Source: Bacilli bacterium (GTDB lineage Bacteria; Bacillota_I; Bacilli_A; RFN20; UBA1709). From it: a stretch of 64,000 nucleotides of DNA. Below, piece after piece: positions 17,139-28,357 of this stretch (positions within the stretch are counted from its first letter, which is position 1; each line of letters begins with the position of its first letter). The translations under genes and the position numbers were made by a program. The notes under the pieces are model-generated. The model made no database searches, had not been told where the DNA came from, and saw only the letters and a program-made list of their open reading frames with translations. The stretch spans positions 79,226 through 143,225 of the forward strand of contig JAXESU010000002.1 in the NCBI GenBank assembly GCA_034115825.1. The letters run 5' to 3'.

Positions 17139-20078
17139 TTACTCCCTCTTTAATGCTTCACTTAAAGGAATCTTATTTAATGCTCTTCTTGATGCATATA
17201 GAGCAATAAAATAAGCAACTAAAATAACAGCTAAACCAATAAGAGCGTTAACCCAACCTAAATGAATTGGAATTGTAAAATCAAGATCTTTTGCCACTAA
17301 AGATATAATCGCATTTAAGATACCTTTCATTGCTGGTATTGATAATAAATAAGCAATAATAACAAATGGTGTATAAATATTTAAGACAACGTTATTAATT
17401 TCTTTATCAGTATAACCCATAACTTTCATTAAACTAATATGTTTCTTATTTTCATCAATAACAACTGATGAAACAACACCGATAATAACAAGAGCCATAA
17501 CTCCCGCAAAAGCAACAACTAAATAAATTGAAACATTCATCATATCCATTGCGACTTGAATATTCATCTTTAAATCATCAAGACTAAAGATTGAAGCAAT
17601 ATCTTTATTGTTTTCATTATAGGACTCATGTAGACTATCGGTCCAAACTTCATTATATGCACTATCTTTATATCCTAGATAAGATGCTAATACACTTCGA
17701 CTAGCGTAAGCGTTTAATCCACTAAATGTAGTATTTATACCAACAATTTTAAATGTGATTTCTTCGCCACATGAAGCTCCCGTATTAGTATTAATCTTCT
17801 TTGTTAAGACAATACTATCGCCGACATCAAGTTTATATAAAGCACGTATTGGATCGTTAATAATAATGTTATTTCCTTCTTTGAATAAAAGATTAGAAAT
17901 ATCTTCATTTTTATCATTAGTAATATTAACTTTTTGAAGATCTTCATCTACTCCAAATAAGGAAATTGATTTATTTTCAGTTACTTCGATTACTTGATCA
18001 TCTTTAATAACTCTTAATATCGATAAATTTTCTGTTAAAACGGTATCTTCATGTTGATGATCGATGCCATCAGTTTCTTCATCTTGCATTGTTTGGAAAC
18101 TAACTTTATAGTTATAAGTTGCTCCCGCGAACGTTTCATTGACAAAATTGTTCATCATTGTCGAACCAATAAGGGTTAAAACAATTAATAAACCAGTAGC
18201 AAAAGAAGAAAAAGTAATTGATAATAATTTACCTAAACTTCTTGAAGCTAACGAATATTTAAAACGATACTTAAATGGTAATTTAGCAGTTAATTTAGTA
18301 ACAACTTTCGTTGTACGATTAACTTTTAAGTTGCTTCCTTCGTTTAATAATTTTAAAGGACGATGTCTTAACATAAACATTGCGACCAAGAAAGAAAGAA
18401 TTGTTAAACTAATTAATGGAATAGCAATGCTTAATCCCAAATATTTAAATGACATACTAAAATCATTCATTGGAATATTAAAATATGATTTATATAAACC
18501 AACAACTGGGGTTTGTAAGATAATTCCTAAAATATAACCTAAAATACCACCGATAATACTACTAACTATTGGATATACTAAATACGATATTGAAATCGCA
18601 AACGTTCCATAACCAAGAGATTTTAAAACCCCTATTTGACGTTTTTCATCATCAATACGTTTTTTCATAACCATGATAATAATAAAAATCGCAATTGCTA
18701 ACAAAACAACCATTAAATATGACGTCATAACACGGTTATTTTCCATTTCCATTAAAAACATCGCAATACGTGGATGATATTTATATGATGGTATAGCTAT
18801 CATAATACGATTATCTTCTGATAATTTATTATAATAACTATCTAGTTCACTAGAACCATATTCGCCTTTAAATTCATTAAAAATGACACTATATAGTCCC
18901 ATTTCACTACCGACCATTTGTTCATATCCTTTAGCCGTTGTATAACAAACAGTATGATAATGTTCATCATAAACTGGGGTATTAAAAGAAATAGCAGGAT
19001 AAATATAGTCTGGCATATAAGCACTACCGCTTATAACATAATCAAACCCTTTAATATTGTAAGTATCACCAATTTTTAAATTATTAGATTCCATAAAGTT
19101 TGATGATAAAGTAATTTCATTATCCAAAGTAGGAAATTTACCATTAATTAAATATGGAATATTAACTTTTTCTTCACCTGTATAGATAGCAGCAGCAATC
19201 GCATAACTTTTTTCATCGCCATCTTTTTTAAAAGTGACATTTTTTACTTCACGATATTCGTAAGTTAAATTATAATCACTAGCTAATTTTTCAACTTCTT
19301 TTTCTAAATATTTAGTAACATTAACTTCAACAAGCATCGCATTATAGCGTTCATATAGTTGTGTTACTGAACTAGGAAGTTCACTACTTCCTCCAATTCC
19401 TAAACCACTATCACTACCGCACCCTTCTTCACTTTCTTTAATTTCAGGATTAAGTGGTGAAAAATAATACCATACCGAGGATTCATCACTATTAGTAGAT
19501 AAATTACCAGCTCTAGATTGTGAACCAAACAATAAATAAACATCAACATCTTTAACCACATAATTTTCATCTAATAATGTTTGAGCCAAGTATAATTGGC
19601 TATTAAAGTAATTTACTAAACGATTAGATAACAAGATGCGTTGCTCACTGTTTAATGTATCAACACCATATTCTTCTTTAATTTCGTTCATGATTTTAAT
19701 TTGAACTTCATTAATTTTTTCATTTGTTAATAATGGTGATTGACCACTAGCAGCAGCTAAACGAAGTTCTAATTCATTCTTAAAAACACGAAATTCGTCA
19801 CTAGTAACCACATTATAGGCTTCTTCTTGTAGTGAAGGAAATAAAATATCATAATCTTCACGAGTAAGAAGTTCACTATTATTCAAAACAATTGAAGAAT
19901 GTTCAACTTTTTGATTAGTTAAATATTCCATCGCCATTGAATCCATTCGATCTAGTGAAGAATTCATCATCGTAAAAATACCGGTAGAAGTCATAATTAA
20001 AAAGATTAAGCCAATCATTTGAACGGCTTTTCTTTTTAATCCCTTAAAAGCATTTAAAAAGAGTAATCTCATGCCCAA
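17139..20078 (-). CDS. ABC transporter permease with duplicated FtsX-like modules and two large extracytoplasmic domains
   Basis: 979 aa. N-terminal TM, large extracellular domain, central TM cluster (~aa 455-620), second extracellular domain, C-terminal FtsX-type TM bundle. Confidence 0.7.
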   Translation of the reverse strand: MGMRLLFLNAFKGLKRKAVQMIGLIFLIMTSTGIFTMMNSSLDRMDSMAMEYLTNQKVEHSSIVLNNSELLTREDYDILFPSLQEEAYNVVTSDEFRVFKNELELRLAAASGQSPLLTNEKINEVQIKIMNEIKEEYGVDTLNSEQRILLSNRLVNYFNSQLYLAQTLLDENYVVKDVDVYLLFGSQSRAGNLSTNSDESSVWYYFSPLNPEIKESEEGCGSDSGLGIGGSSELPSSVTQLYERYNAMLVEVNVTKYLEKEVEKLASDYNLTYEYREVKNVTFKKDGDEKSYAIAAAIYTGEEKVNIPYLINGKFPTLDNEITLSSNFMESNNLKIGDTYNIKGFDYVISGSAYMPDYIYPAISFNTPVYDEHYHTVCYTTAKGYEQMVGSEMGLYSVIFNEFKGEYGSSELDSYYNKLSEDNRIMIAIPSYKYHPRIAMFLMEMENNRVMTSYLMVVLLAIAIFIIIMVMKKRIDDEKRQIGVLKSLGYGTFAISISYLVYPIVSSIIGGILGYILGIILQTPVVGLYKSYFNIPMNDFSMSFKYLGLSIAIPLISLTILSFLVAMFMLRHRPLKLLNEGSNLKVNRTTKVVTKLTAKLPFKYRFKYSLASRSLGKLLSITFSSFATGLLIVLTLIGSTMMNNFVNETFAGATYNYKVSFQTMQDEETDGIDHQHEDTVLTENLSILRVIKDDQVIEVTENKSISLFGVDEDLQKVNITNDKNEDISNLLFKEGNNIIINDPIRALYKLDVGDSIVLTKKINTNTGASCGEEITFKIVGINTTFSGLNAYASRSVLASYLGYKDSAYNEVWTDSLHESYNENNKDIASIFSLDDLKMNIQVAMDMMNVSIYLVVAFAGVMALVIIGVVSSVVIDENKKHISLMKVMGYTDKEINNVVLNIYTPFVIIAYLLSIPAMKGILNAIISLVAKDLDFTIPIHLGWVNALIGLAVILVAYFIALYASRRALNKIPLSEALKRE

Positions 20079-20770
20079 TCAACCTCCATTGCATCCAATA
20101 TTTTTTCATTGCGATAATTTTCAACAATTTTACCTGAATTAACCCGAATAACTCGATGAGCCATTTTCGCAATCGAAGGATTGTGCGTAATTAGTAAAAC
20201 TGTGGTAGAAAATTTTTTATTAATATCTTGAATAACTTTTAAAATCATTTTACTTGTCTTTTCATCAAGGGCTCCAGTTGGTTCATCACAAAATAAAATT
20301 TTAGGATTTTTAACTAAAGCACGGGCAATACTAACCCTTTGTTGTTGACCACCACTTAATTGATAAGGAAATCGACTTTTATATTCTTTCATTCCAACAC
20401 TTTCTAATACATCATCAATAACTAAAGGGTTAGTAGCTAAATTAGACCCTAATTCAACATTTTCATATACGTTTAAATTAGGTACTAAATTATATGTTTG
20501 GAAAATAAAACCTAAATTTTCACGACGAAAAGATGTAAGTTGATCGCTTTTATAATGACTAATATCAACATTATTAAAATAGACCTTACCTTCACTAACG
20601 TTATCAAGTCCTGACATAACATTTAAAAGCGTTGACTTACCACTTCCAGAAGGGCCTAAAATAACAACTATTTCTCCTTCATTAACTTCTAAAGAAACAT
20701 CATCTAAAGCCTTAGTAACTATTTCTCCATCTTGATATATTTTTTTAGCATGGTCAACACGTAGAATCAT
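20069..20770 (-). CDS. ABC transporter ATP-binding protein (MacB/LolD-like), paralog 2
   Basis: 233 aa, GPSGSGKST, LSGGQQQRVSIARAL. About 55% identical to the ATPase at 16423-17133. Confidence 0.85.
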   Translation of the reverse strand: MILRVDHAKKIYQDGEIVTKALDDVSLEVNEGEIVVILGPSGSGKSTLLNVMSGLDNVSEGKVYFNNVDISHYKSDQLTSFRRENLGFIFQTYNLVPNLNVYENVELGSNLATNPLVIDDVLESVGMKEYKSRFPYQLSGGQQQRVSIARALVKNPKILFCDEPTGALDEKTSKMILKVIQDINKKFSTTVLLITHNPSIAKMAHRVIRVNSGKIVENYRNEKILDAMEVDWA

Positions 20771-20782
20771 AAAATATCACCT

Positions 20783-21454
20783 CTAAAACAAAGTAACAGA
20801 AAGAGCGAAAAGTAATTGTGCAAGCGCATAAGTTGAAACGCTAACGGTTGTAAAAACAATTCGCTTCGATGGGTAATAATATTTAAACATTAAAGTATAA
20901 TCACTTACCATAAAGCTTAAACCACCCATAAAAATAATTAAACTACACCAACTAGGATCAAGAATTAATGCTCCTAAAGTTGCCATAACCATTGAAGTCA
21001 TTAATAATAAATAAAAACCACCTGATAAATATAATTTTTTATCTTTAATGTGTAATCGATAAATAATATATTCACCAACAATTAATCCTAAAATTGGAAT
21101 AAAAAGCAAATATGGAATAAATCCATAATTATAAATAAACGTAAAGATAAAAACGATTTGAGCTAGAGCAAAAGAAACAATCCCTAAAGCCCCGTATTTC
21201 GTTTTTTTCTCAAGATGATTTACTCCTAAAAATAAATCACCAATAAATGAAAATATTTGAGCCACCAAAAGTGGGATAAAATAATTTAATTCAATATGGC
21301 GGTATAAAAAACTAATAATTGAGACAACAATAAACAAAAAACAATTAATTAATTTAAAAACAAAACGATGAACACTTTTATGACTGCGAATCGAAGAAAC
21401 TAATAGTAAAACAAAAGTAATTAAATATAAACCAATTGCTATATAAATTAACAT
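20783..21454 (-). CDS. YhhN-family integral membrane protein (lysoplasmalogenase-like)
   Basis: 223 aa, 7-8 TM helices, YhhN/TMEM86-like hydrophobic pattern. The call is tentative. Confidence 0.4.
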   Translation of the reverse strand: MLIYIAIGLYLITFVLLLVSSIRSHKSVHRFVFKLINCFLFIVVSIISFLYRHIELNYFIPLLVAQIFSFIGDLFLGVNHLEKKTKYGALGIVSFALAQIVFIFTFIYNYGFIPYLLFIPILGLIVGEYIIYRLHIKDKKLYLSGGFYLLLMTSMVMATLGALILDPSWCSLIIFMGGLSFMVSDYTLMFKYYYPSKRIVFTTVSVSTYALAQLLFALSVTLF

Positions 21455-22296
21455 TTGTTACGAATCTTTAACGCTTCGTTTAATTCAAATTCAGTAATTA
21501 AATACTTTTGATTACAAAAGTTACAAACAATCTCAAAGCGTTCTTTACTATTAATCATATCAACAATTTCTTTTTCATCTAATGATGCTAATGAAGCAAT
21601 GACACGATCAAGTGAACAATGACACTTAAAACGATAGTCACTGACTGTTAAAATTTCACCGCCAAGTAATTTTTCTAAGTTTTCTTTAACATCGCCTTCT
21701 TCAATATCTTTTAAAGAAGGAATATTTAAATGTTCAATATATTGATAATCTTCTTCAGTTGCATTAGGTAAAAGTTGTAAAACTAAAGCATTAGATGTTT
21801 TGATTTTACCATCATCATTAAACGAAGAAGAAACAACTACTAAAGAATCGACTTGTTCTGATTCTTTAAAAAAGTAGGCAAAATCTTCACCAATTTTGGA
21901 ACTAACTAATTCGACTTGTGAAGAAAAATGTTGTTTCATATCAAAATCTTTAATAACTTCTAATCTTCCCTTGCCAATTGCTTTAGCAATATTTAAGAAA
22001 TCTTCACCTTCGTATTCAACTTGTGGATGAGCAACATAAACACGAGTATCACCAGATTCGTTACACTCTAATTCAACATTACCAACATCACCATCACCAA
22101 TAAGTTTAACCGTTACCCAACCTTGCTTTTGATTTTCTTGTAAAATTAATCCCATTGGAATAAACCTTGCTAATAGTTGTTTAACTAAATATGATGCTTC
22201 AAAACGACGAGCAACTTCATTAGTAATATCACTACTTGTAGCATAAAAGAAACGTATATGATTATCTCTTAATGTGCCACGATAAACTTTCCCCAT
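21448..22296 (-). CDS. hslO: Redox-regulated chaperone Hsp33
   Basis: 282 aa with a C-terminal zinc centre CHC...CNFC (CxC...CxxC). Confidence 0.8.
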   Translation of the reverse strand: MGKVYRGTLRDNHIRFFYATSSDITNEVARRFEASYLVKQLLARFIPMGLILQENQKQGWVTVKLIGDGDVGNVELECNESGDTRVYVAHPQVEYEGEDFLNIAKAIGKGRLEVIKDFDMKQHFSSQVELVSSKIGEDFAYFFKESEQVDSLVVVSSSFNDDGKIKTSNALVLQLLPNATEEDYQYIEHLNIPSLKDIEEGDVKENLEKLLGGEILTVSDYRFKCHCSLDRVIASLASLDEKEIVDMINSKERFEIVCNFCNQKYLITEFELNEALKIRNKC

Positions 22297-22320
22297 AACT
22301 TAATTCTCCTTTTAATTTAA

Positions 22321-22350
22321 GAAAAACGCCGTTTATTAAGCGGCGTTTTC
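22321..22350 (-). terminator. Hairpin (aaacgccg...cggcgttt) at 3' end of ftsH
   Basis: GC-rich inverted repeat overlapping the ftsH stop codon. The U-tract on the minus strand is weak. Confidence 0.4.
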
Positions 22351-24318
22351 ATCTTTTCCATTTTCTTCACTAACAACATTAGTTTCGTTAACTGGCTTAA
22401 TAACTTCTTTTTTAAATTCTTCTTTAACAGGAAGATGACCATTTTCAACTAGAGAAACAACTTCTTCATTTGTTAAAGTTTCTTGAACTAATAAAGTTTC
22501 AGCAATTAAAGTAACTTTATCTTTGTTAGCTAAAATAATTTCTCGTGCTCTTTCCATTGATGTACGCATAATCTTTTCGATTTCCTTATCAATTTCATAA
22601 GCAATTTCACTTGAGAAATTACGTTGTGAGTTAGTGTAATCTCGTCCTAAGAAAACACTACCAGTTTGTTTTTCAAATTGGATAGGTCCTAAATTAGACA
22701 TACCTAATTCACAAACCATCATTTTAGCAATTTTAGTTGCTTGTTCAATATCATTTTGAGCACCTGTTGTAACATCTTCAAAGAAAATTTCTTCACTAAC
22801 GCGACCAGCAAGTAAACCAGCAATACGATCTAATAATTCTGATTTGGTTTGTAAGAAACGATCTTCAGTAGGTGTCATCAAAACATAACCTCCAGCTTGT
22901 CCACGAGGAATAATTGTTACTTTTTGAACTTTCATCGCATTAGCTAATTTTAATCCTAAAATAGCATGACCTGATTCATGGTAAGCAACTAAGCGTTTTT
23001 CCTCAGGAGTAATTGTTTTAGATGTTTTAGCAGGACCACCCATTACTCTATCGATTGCTTCATCAATATCATTCATATTAATTACATTCTTATTTTGTCT
23101 AACCGCTAAAATAGCAGCTTCATTTAAAACATTTTCAAGTTCTGCTCCAGAAAAACCAGGAGTACGCATTGCAATGTTAGTAAAGTTAACATCACTACCC
23201 ATCTTTTTATTACGAGCATGAACTTTTAAGATTGCCTCACGACCATTTTTATCTGGTAATGAAACCATAATTTGTCTATCAAAACGACCAGGTCTTAATA
23301 ATGCAGGGTCTAAAACGTCAGGTCTATTTGTAGCAGCAATAACAATAATACCAGCATTATCAGGGAAACCATCCATTTCAACTAATAATTGGTTAAGAGT
23401 TTGTTCTCTTTCATCATGTCCACCACCAAGACCAGCACCTCTTTGACGACCGACAGCATCAATTTCATCAATGAAAATAATTGATGGTGCATATTGTTGA
23501 GCTTTTTTAAACATATCTCTTACACGGCTTGCACCAACACCAACAAACATTTCAACGAAATCAGAACCCGAAATTGAGAAGAATGGAACACCAGCTTCAC
23601 CAGCTACTGCTTTAGCGAGTAAAGTTTTACCAGTACCTGGATTACCTGTTAAAATAACACCTTTAGGAATTCTTGCACCCATAACGCTAAATTTCTTTGG
23701 ATTACGTAAATATTCAACCAATTCAGTCATTTCGGCTTTTTCTTCGTCACAACCAGCAACATCACTGAATCTTACTTTAATATTTTCAATGTTCTTAACT
23801 GGAGATTTACCAAAATCAAAAGCTTTATTATTTTGGCCACTTCCCATTTTTGAAATTAAGAAAAAACCAAAGCCACCAATAACAACCATAATGATTAAAG
23901 TTGGTAAAATTTGTTGCCAAATAGATACACTAAAAGCATCATCATAAACAACCTTATTACCAAATCTTGCCATTAATGTTACAAGTTCATCCATGCTTTG
24001 AGTTGAGAATTGTCCATTAAACTTAATTGTTTTTTCTTTGCCATCAACAGTTTCTCTATAACTACCAGTGACAATAACAACTTTTTCACGTTCACTAATG
24101 ACAATTTTATCAAACTTACTTGGATCTTTTATTGATAAATCAGCCTCAAATTGCTCATAGTTACCATTATAATTAATTACTTGACTACTTCCTGTCCCTT
24201 TAAAGTTGAACACTAATAAAAAGACAATTCCAAGAATAATTAAGTAAGGTAAAATAAAACTAAATGTACTACTTCCTTTTTTGTTACTACTCTTTTTTGG
24301 TTGATTACTCATATACAA
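22336..24318 (-). CDS. ftsH: ATP-dependent zinc metalloprotease FtsH
   Basis: 660 aa. AAA Walker A GPPGTGKT, second region of homology, HEAGH-like HESGHA zinc site. Confidence 0.95.
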   Translation of the reverse strand: MYMSNQPKKSSNKKGSSTFSFILPYLIILGIVFLLVFNFKGTGSSQVINYNGNYEQFEADLSIKDPSKFDKIVISEREKVVIVTGSYRETVDGKEKTIKFNGQFSTQSMDELVTLMARFGNKVVYDDAFSVSIWQQILPTLIIMVVIGGFGFFLISKMGSGQNNKAFDFGKSPVKNIENIKVRFSDVAGCDEEKAEMTELVEYLRNPKKFSVMGARIPKGVILTGNPGTGKTLLAKAVAGEAGVPFFSISGSDFVEMFVGVGASRVRDMFKKAQQYAPSIIFIDEIDAVGRQRGAGLGGGHDEREQTLNQLLVEMDGFPDNAGIIVIAATNRPDVLDPALLRPGRFDRQIMVSLPDKNGREAILKVHARNKKMGSDVNFTNIAMRTPGFSGAELENVLNEAAILAVRQNKNVINMNDIDEAIDRVMGGPAKTSKTITPEEKRLVAYHESGHAILGLKLANAMKVQKVTIIPRGQAGGYVLMTPTEDRFLQTKSELLDRIAGLLAGRVSEEIFFEDVTTGAQNDIEQATKIAKMMVCELGMSNLGPIQFEKQTGSVFLGRDYTNSQRNFSSEIAYEIDKEIEKIMRTSMERAREIILANKDKVTLIAETLLVQETLTNEEVVSLVENGHLPVKEEFKKEVIKPVNETNVVSEENGKDENAA

Positions 24319-24330
24319 TCAAGCCCCCTT

Positions 24331-24888
24331 CTACTTACTGTAAACTTCTTCTTTTAAAACTCCTACATATGGTAAATTACGATATAATTCATCATAATCC
24401 AAACCAAAACCAACAACAAATTCATTTGGAACATCAAATCCAACATATTTTGGATGAAGAACTACACCAGGTCGACGACCTTCTTTTTTATCTAAAAGGC
24501 ATGCAATTTCAACACTACGAGCATGACGTTGTAAAAACATATTAATAATTGTTGATAAAGTTAAACCTGTGTCAACGATATCTTCAACAATAATAATGTC
24601 ACGATTTTCAATTGAAACATCTAAATCTTTGATAATACGAACTTCACCAGTACTAGATGTTCCATGATATGAAGAAACTGCCATATATTCTGTTTCACAA
24701 TGAACAGAAACGTTTTTTAATAATTCAGCCATAAATGGAACTGAACCTTTTAGTAATCCGACTAAAATCGGCGTTTTAGAAGCATAATCTTGACTAATTT
24801 GTGCTCCTAGTTCTTTACACCTTTGATTAATTTCTTGTTCACTAATTAAGACTTTTTTAATATCTTTTTCCATTCTTTTATCCTCCAA
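24331..24888 (-). CDS. hpt: Hypoxanthine phosphoribosyltransferase
   Basis: 185 aa with PRPP-binding motif IIIVEDIVDTGLTL. Confidence 0.9.
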   Translation of the reverse strand: MEDKRMEKDIKKVLISEQEINQRCKELGAQISQDYASKTPILVGLLKGSVPFMAELLKNVSVHCETEYMAVSSYHGTSSTGEVRIIKDLDVSIENRDIIIVEDIVDTGLTLSTIINMFLQRHARSVEIACLLDKKEGRRPGVVLHPKYVGFDVPNEFVVGFGLDYDELYRNLPYVGVLKEEVYSK

Positions 24889-24901
24889 TAAGATAACATT
24901 T

Positions 24902-26122
24902 TTATTTTACCACAAATATATTGCTTTGCAATAATTTGCGCTCATAAAGACGATAAATACCCGGAATCAAAATTATTTCTTGTTTAGCGTTAACAACAAG
25001 TGGAATTAATCGGCGTTGTTGTCGATCAATTTTTCGATCGATAAATAAACGATTAACATCTTTATCATAATCTTTCATTCTAACTTTATCGTTAATTCGA
25101 TAATTACGAATAGTTAAAGGGAAATCCTCTTTATTAACATAAATTCCATCCTTTTTTTCGCCACTTAGTTTAACCTTAAAATATGGAGTATCCATTTCTT
25201 CTAAGTTTAAAATTGTATAAGAATAATCAATAACTTCTTTATTTTCCATTAAATAGACATCACTATATGCTTTGATTAAATTAAACTTTCCCAAATCAAT
25301 TTTAAGATTGGACTTTGAATCTAATTGTTTAATTATTTCATTTAAATAATGCTTATTTAAAGTCAAAAAAGTATTGATATTTATGAAACGATAAAGAAAC
25401 AATGCTTTCAATGTTTTATCAAGGCCCAAATAGGCCTCATAATTAAAATGCTTATTAACTACGATTTTATTGTAAATTTGTTTAATTTTTTCATTTTTTA
25501 ATTGCCATTCACTTTCTTCGTGGTTCATTTTATTAACCAAAGCATCTTTTTGTTCAAGTGTTAAATTACCTAAAACGAGAATACGAATGCGGTTACGCTC
25601 ATAATCTAGCGTAAAATTTGTTTCATCATCACCAAAAGGTATATTGTTTTTTAAACAATAATCTCTTAATTCGCTTCGATAATAATCTAAAAGTGGACGA
25701 AAAACATGGATTCCAAAAACATTACTTGATTCAAGAATTGACAAAGATTCTCCTAAACTATTACGTTTTTTCTTAAATAAATAAGTTTCTAATGCATCAT
25801 CTTTTTGATGAGCAACAAGTAATGTTTTAATCTTTTCTTGATGCATAATTTTATTAAAAAAATCATATCTTTCAATTCGAGCAATATTTTGAAAATTACC
25901 ACCATCATGTTTTTTGGCTATATGAACAAAAAAAGGAATATTTCTTTGGCGACAATAATCCTCTACAATGTGTTGATCTCGATCAGCACTTAATCTTTTT
26001 TTATAATTAACATGAGCTACTACTATTTCTTTGTTTAAATGATATACCATATCTAAAAGGGCCATTGAATCGGCCCCTCCAGATACACCAATCAAATATT
26101 TATCTTCAATTAATGGACGCAT
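24902..26122 (-). CDS. tilS: tRNA(Ile)-lysidine synthetase
   Basis: PP-loop SGGADSMALL. Start moved to the internal Met (MRPLIEDK...) so that it abuts the upstream gene rather than overlapping it by 77 nt. Confidence 0.8.
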   Translation of the reverse strand: MRPLIEDKYLIGVSGGADSMALLDMVYHLNKEIVVAHVNYKKRLSADRDQHIVEDYCRQRNIPFFVHIAKKHDGGNFQNIARIERYDFFNKIMHQEKIKTLLVAHQKDDALETYLFKKKRNSLGESLSILESSNVFGIHVFRPLLDYYRSELRDYCLKNNIPFGDDETNFTLDYERNRIRILVLGNLTLEQKDALVNKMNHEESEWQLKNEKIKQIYNKIVVNKHFNYEAYLGLDKTLKALFLYRFININTFLTLNKHYLNEIIKQLDSKSNLKIDLGKFNLIKAYSDVYLMENKEVIDYSYTILNLEEMDTPYFKVKLSGEKKDGIYVNKEDFPLTIRNYRINDKVRMKDYDKDVNRLFIDRKIDRQQRRLIPLVVNAKQEIILIPGIYRLYERKLLQSNIFVVK

Positions 26123-26123
26123 T

Positions 26124-26402
26124 TTACTTTGGTAATTTGATAACATTTTGACCTTGAAATTGATATTCTTCACGGACGAAGACATCATAGTAATTATCAT
26201 CTTGAAGATGAGAATTTACATCTTCAAATAGTTTATTTTCTTCCATAATTTGGTTTCTTAATTCCATTAATTTAGCTTTTTCGGTATTGACAAGGGCAAA
26301 ATCAATAATGATTTTACAAGAAATAGCCAGTAAGATAATTGAGATAACTAACAAAATAATTGACAAAGAACGATTTGAACTCATGATTCGATTTTTTTCC
26401 AT
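26124..26402 (-). CDS. divIC: Septum formation initiator family protein (DivIC/FtsB-like)
   Basis: Single TM (LSIILLVISIILLAIS) followed by a coiled coil. Conserved position between the S4 protein and tilS as in Bacillus (yabO...divIC...tilS-hprT-ftsH). Start set at the Met (MEKNRIM...) that avoids overlap. Confidence 0.55.
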   Translation of the reverse strand: MEKNRIMSSNRSLSIILLVISIILLAISCKIIIDFALVNTEKAKLMELRNQIMEENKLFEDVNSHLQDDNYYDVFVREEYQFQGQNVIKLPK

Positions 26403-26406
26403 TTTT

Positions 26407-26667
26407 TTATTCCTCCAAAAATTGCTCATTTACTACTTCATACATTAAGTAAGCATCACTTGATTTTATACTATCTTTAGTTAATAAAATACGAATAGTC
26501 AATATTTCGTTTTTTAATTTAATTTCAAGAATATCATTTTCTTTAACTTGTGTTCCTGGTTTAGCGTTTCGACCATTTACTTTTACGCGATCTAAATTAA
26601 CTAAATCTTTCGAAACAGTACGACGCTTAATTATTCTTGAAACCTTTAAAAACTTATCTAAACGCAT
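26407..26667 (-). CDS. yabO: S4-domain RNA-binding protein (YabO/Hsp15-like)
   Basis: 86 aa. S4 motif MRLDKFLKVSRIIKRRTVSKDLV..VKVNG. Confidence 0.7.
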   Translation of the reverse strand: MRLDKFLKVSRIIKRRTVSKDLVNLDRVKVNGRNAKPGTQVKENDILEIKLKNEILTIRILLTKDSIKSSDAYLMYEVVNEQFLEE

Positions 26668-26759
26668 TATATCAACTCCTTTAAATATTTTAGCAATTTA
26701 TTGTTTGTTTTACAATCTTTTTGAAAAATGTTATTATAAATAAAAGAGGTGATATTACA

Positions 26760-27668
26760 ATGGAAAATATCAAATATAAAAATATTTTTGTAACTACTTG
26801 GCTTATCGACAATCCTAAAGCTATTGTTATTATTTCACATGGCATGACAGAACACGTTCGTCGTTATGATGACTTTGCTACCTTTTTAAATAATCATGGC
26901 TATGCTGTTTATGGTATTCATCAAATCGGACATGGTGATGCTATTAAAGATGTTAAAGGCCATTTTGAAAAAGATGACTTCTTTAGATGTGGCGATAACT
27001 TACAAACATTAATCGACAAGGCCAAAGATGACTATCCAAATAAAAAAGTCTATTTATTTGGTCACTCAATGGGTTCATTTATTTCTCAATACTATATCTC
27101 TACTTATGGCAAAAACATCGATGGAGTTATTTTATGTGGAAGTAATGCTCCAGGTGCTAACTACACTATTTCAAAAGTATTAGCCAACACATTATTCTTA
27201 TTTGCTGATAATAAAAAACCAGGATACTTTTTAAATAAAATGGCTTTTGGATCATTTAATAAGCATTTTAAACCTAATCGTACAACAGCTGACTGGCTTT
27301 CAAGAGATAATAATGAAGTTGATAAATACTTAAACGATGATTTATGTGGTTTTATTTGTAGTGTCGGTTTCTTTAAAGAATTCTTAAAAGGACTTGCTTC
27401 TTTAAAAGGTTTACAAAATAAAATTCCATTATCATTACCTGTTTATTTAATCGCCGGCGATAATGATCCAGTTTCCAATATGGGTGTTGGAATTAGTAAA
27501 CTTTATAATCAATACAAAAAAATTAATATTAAAGACTTGAGTATGAAACTATACCCAGGTGCAAGACACGAAATTTTAAACGAAATTAATAAAGAAGAAG
27601 TCAAAAAAGATATCTTAAACTGGCTTGATAGTCATGTTGACTTCAAAGAAAAGAATCTTTATAATTAG
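26760..27668 (+). CDS. Alpha/beta hydrolase (lysophospholipase / monoacylglycerol lipase-like)
   Basis: GHSMGS nucleophile elbow, HG oxyanion motif. The ORF track starts at a TTG at 26721; the ATG at 26760 has an AAAGAGG RBS. Confidence 0.75.
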   Translation: MENIKYKNIFVTTWLIDNPKAIVIISHGMTEHVRRYDDFATFLNNHGYAVYGIHQIGHGDAIKDVKGHFEKDDFFRCGDNLQTLIDKAKDDYPNKKVYLFGHSMGSFISQYYISTYGKNIDGVILCGSNAPGANYTISKVLANTLFLFADNKKPGYFLNKMAFGSFNKHFKPNRTTADWLSRDNNEVDKYLNDDLCGFICSVGFFKEFLKGLASLKGLQNKIPLSLPVYLIAGDNDPVSNMGVGISKLYNQYKKINIKDLSMKLYPGARHEILNEINKEEVKKDILNWLDSHVDFKEKNLYN

Positions 27669-27697
27669 TTTACAAATTTGAAAGTGAGGATAATATT

Positions 27698-28357
27698 ATG
27701 ACTATCGAATGGTATGAAATACTCATTCGTCTATTTTTAGCCATAATTTTAGGAGGCTCAATTGGTTTAGAAAGAGAATTACATGGACATCCTGCAGGTT
27801 TAAGAACTCACGTCTTAGTTTCAGTCGCTAGTGCTTTAGCTATGCTAGTTTCAAAATATGGTTTTGAAGGTTACACTGGTGATCCTGCTCGTTTAGCTGC
27901 TCAAGTAGTTAGTGGTATTGGTTTTTTAGGTGCTGGTGCCATTATTCATGACCGTGGTGATATTAAAGGAATCACTACTGCCGCTACTTTATGGGTTGTT
28001 GCTATTGTCGGTTTAGCTACAGGAAATGGCTTTTATATCGGTGCATTTGGTACGACTATTATGTCCATTATCGTTTTAATTTTCTTAAGATACTTAGAAA
28101 AGTATTTAGGAAACAAACACGATCACGTCGTCATCGTTTGCGATGCTGGACTACCGGTTTTAGAAACTATTTTAAACATTTGTGCCGCCAATAATTTAGA
28201 AGTTAAAAATATTGACGCTAATATCATTGAATACGGACAAATTAAATCATTAAAGTTTAGTGCTGATTTTGATAAAAATGCCAGTAAAGATTTAATTGAA
28301 AAAACAATCTTAGAAATCACAGAAAAATTACATCCATTTTCAGTAAAAATTCATTAA
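27698..28357 (+). CDS. mgtC: MgtC/SapB family membrane protein
   Basis: 219 aa. N-terminal MgtC hydrophobic core (LAIILGGSIGLERE) plus C-terminal ACT-like domain. Confidence 0.8.
   Translation: MTIEWYEILIRLFLAIILGGSIGLERELHGHPAGLRTHVLVSVASALAMLVSKYGFEGYTGDPARLAAQVVSGIGFLGAGAIIHDRGDIKGITTAATLWVVAIVGLATGNGFYIGAFGTTIMSIIVLIFLRYLEKYLGNKHDHVVIVCDAGLPVLETILNICAANNLEVKNIDANIIEYGQIKSLKFSADFDKNASKDLIEKTILEITEKLHPFSVKIH

Noticed and set aside
17755-19024. Three short ORFs (60-132 aa) within/antisense to the 979-aa permease gene
   Set aside because: Contained in a long uninterrupted CDS. No start context or domain signal.
24264-24545. 93-aa + ORF spanning the ftsH/hpt junction
   Set aside because: Antisense to ftsH start and hpt end. 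The Q/N/H-rich translation is a low-complexity artefact.
27991-28320. 67-aa (+) and 65-aa (-) ORFs within mgtC
   Set aside because: Alternative-frame or antisense ORFs inside a conserved MgtC family gene.
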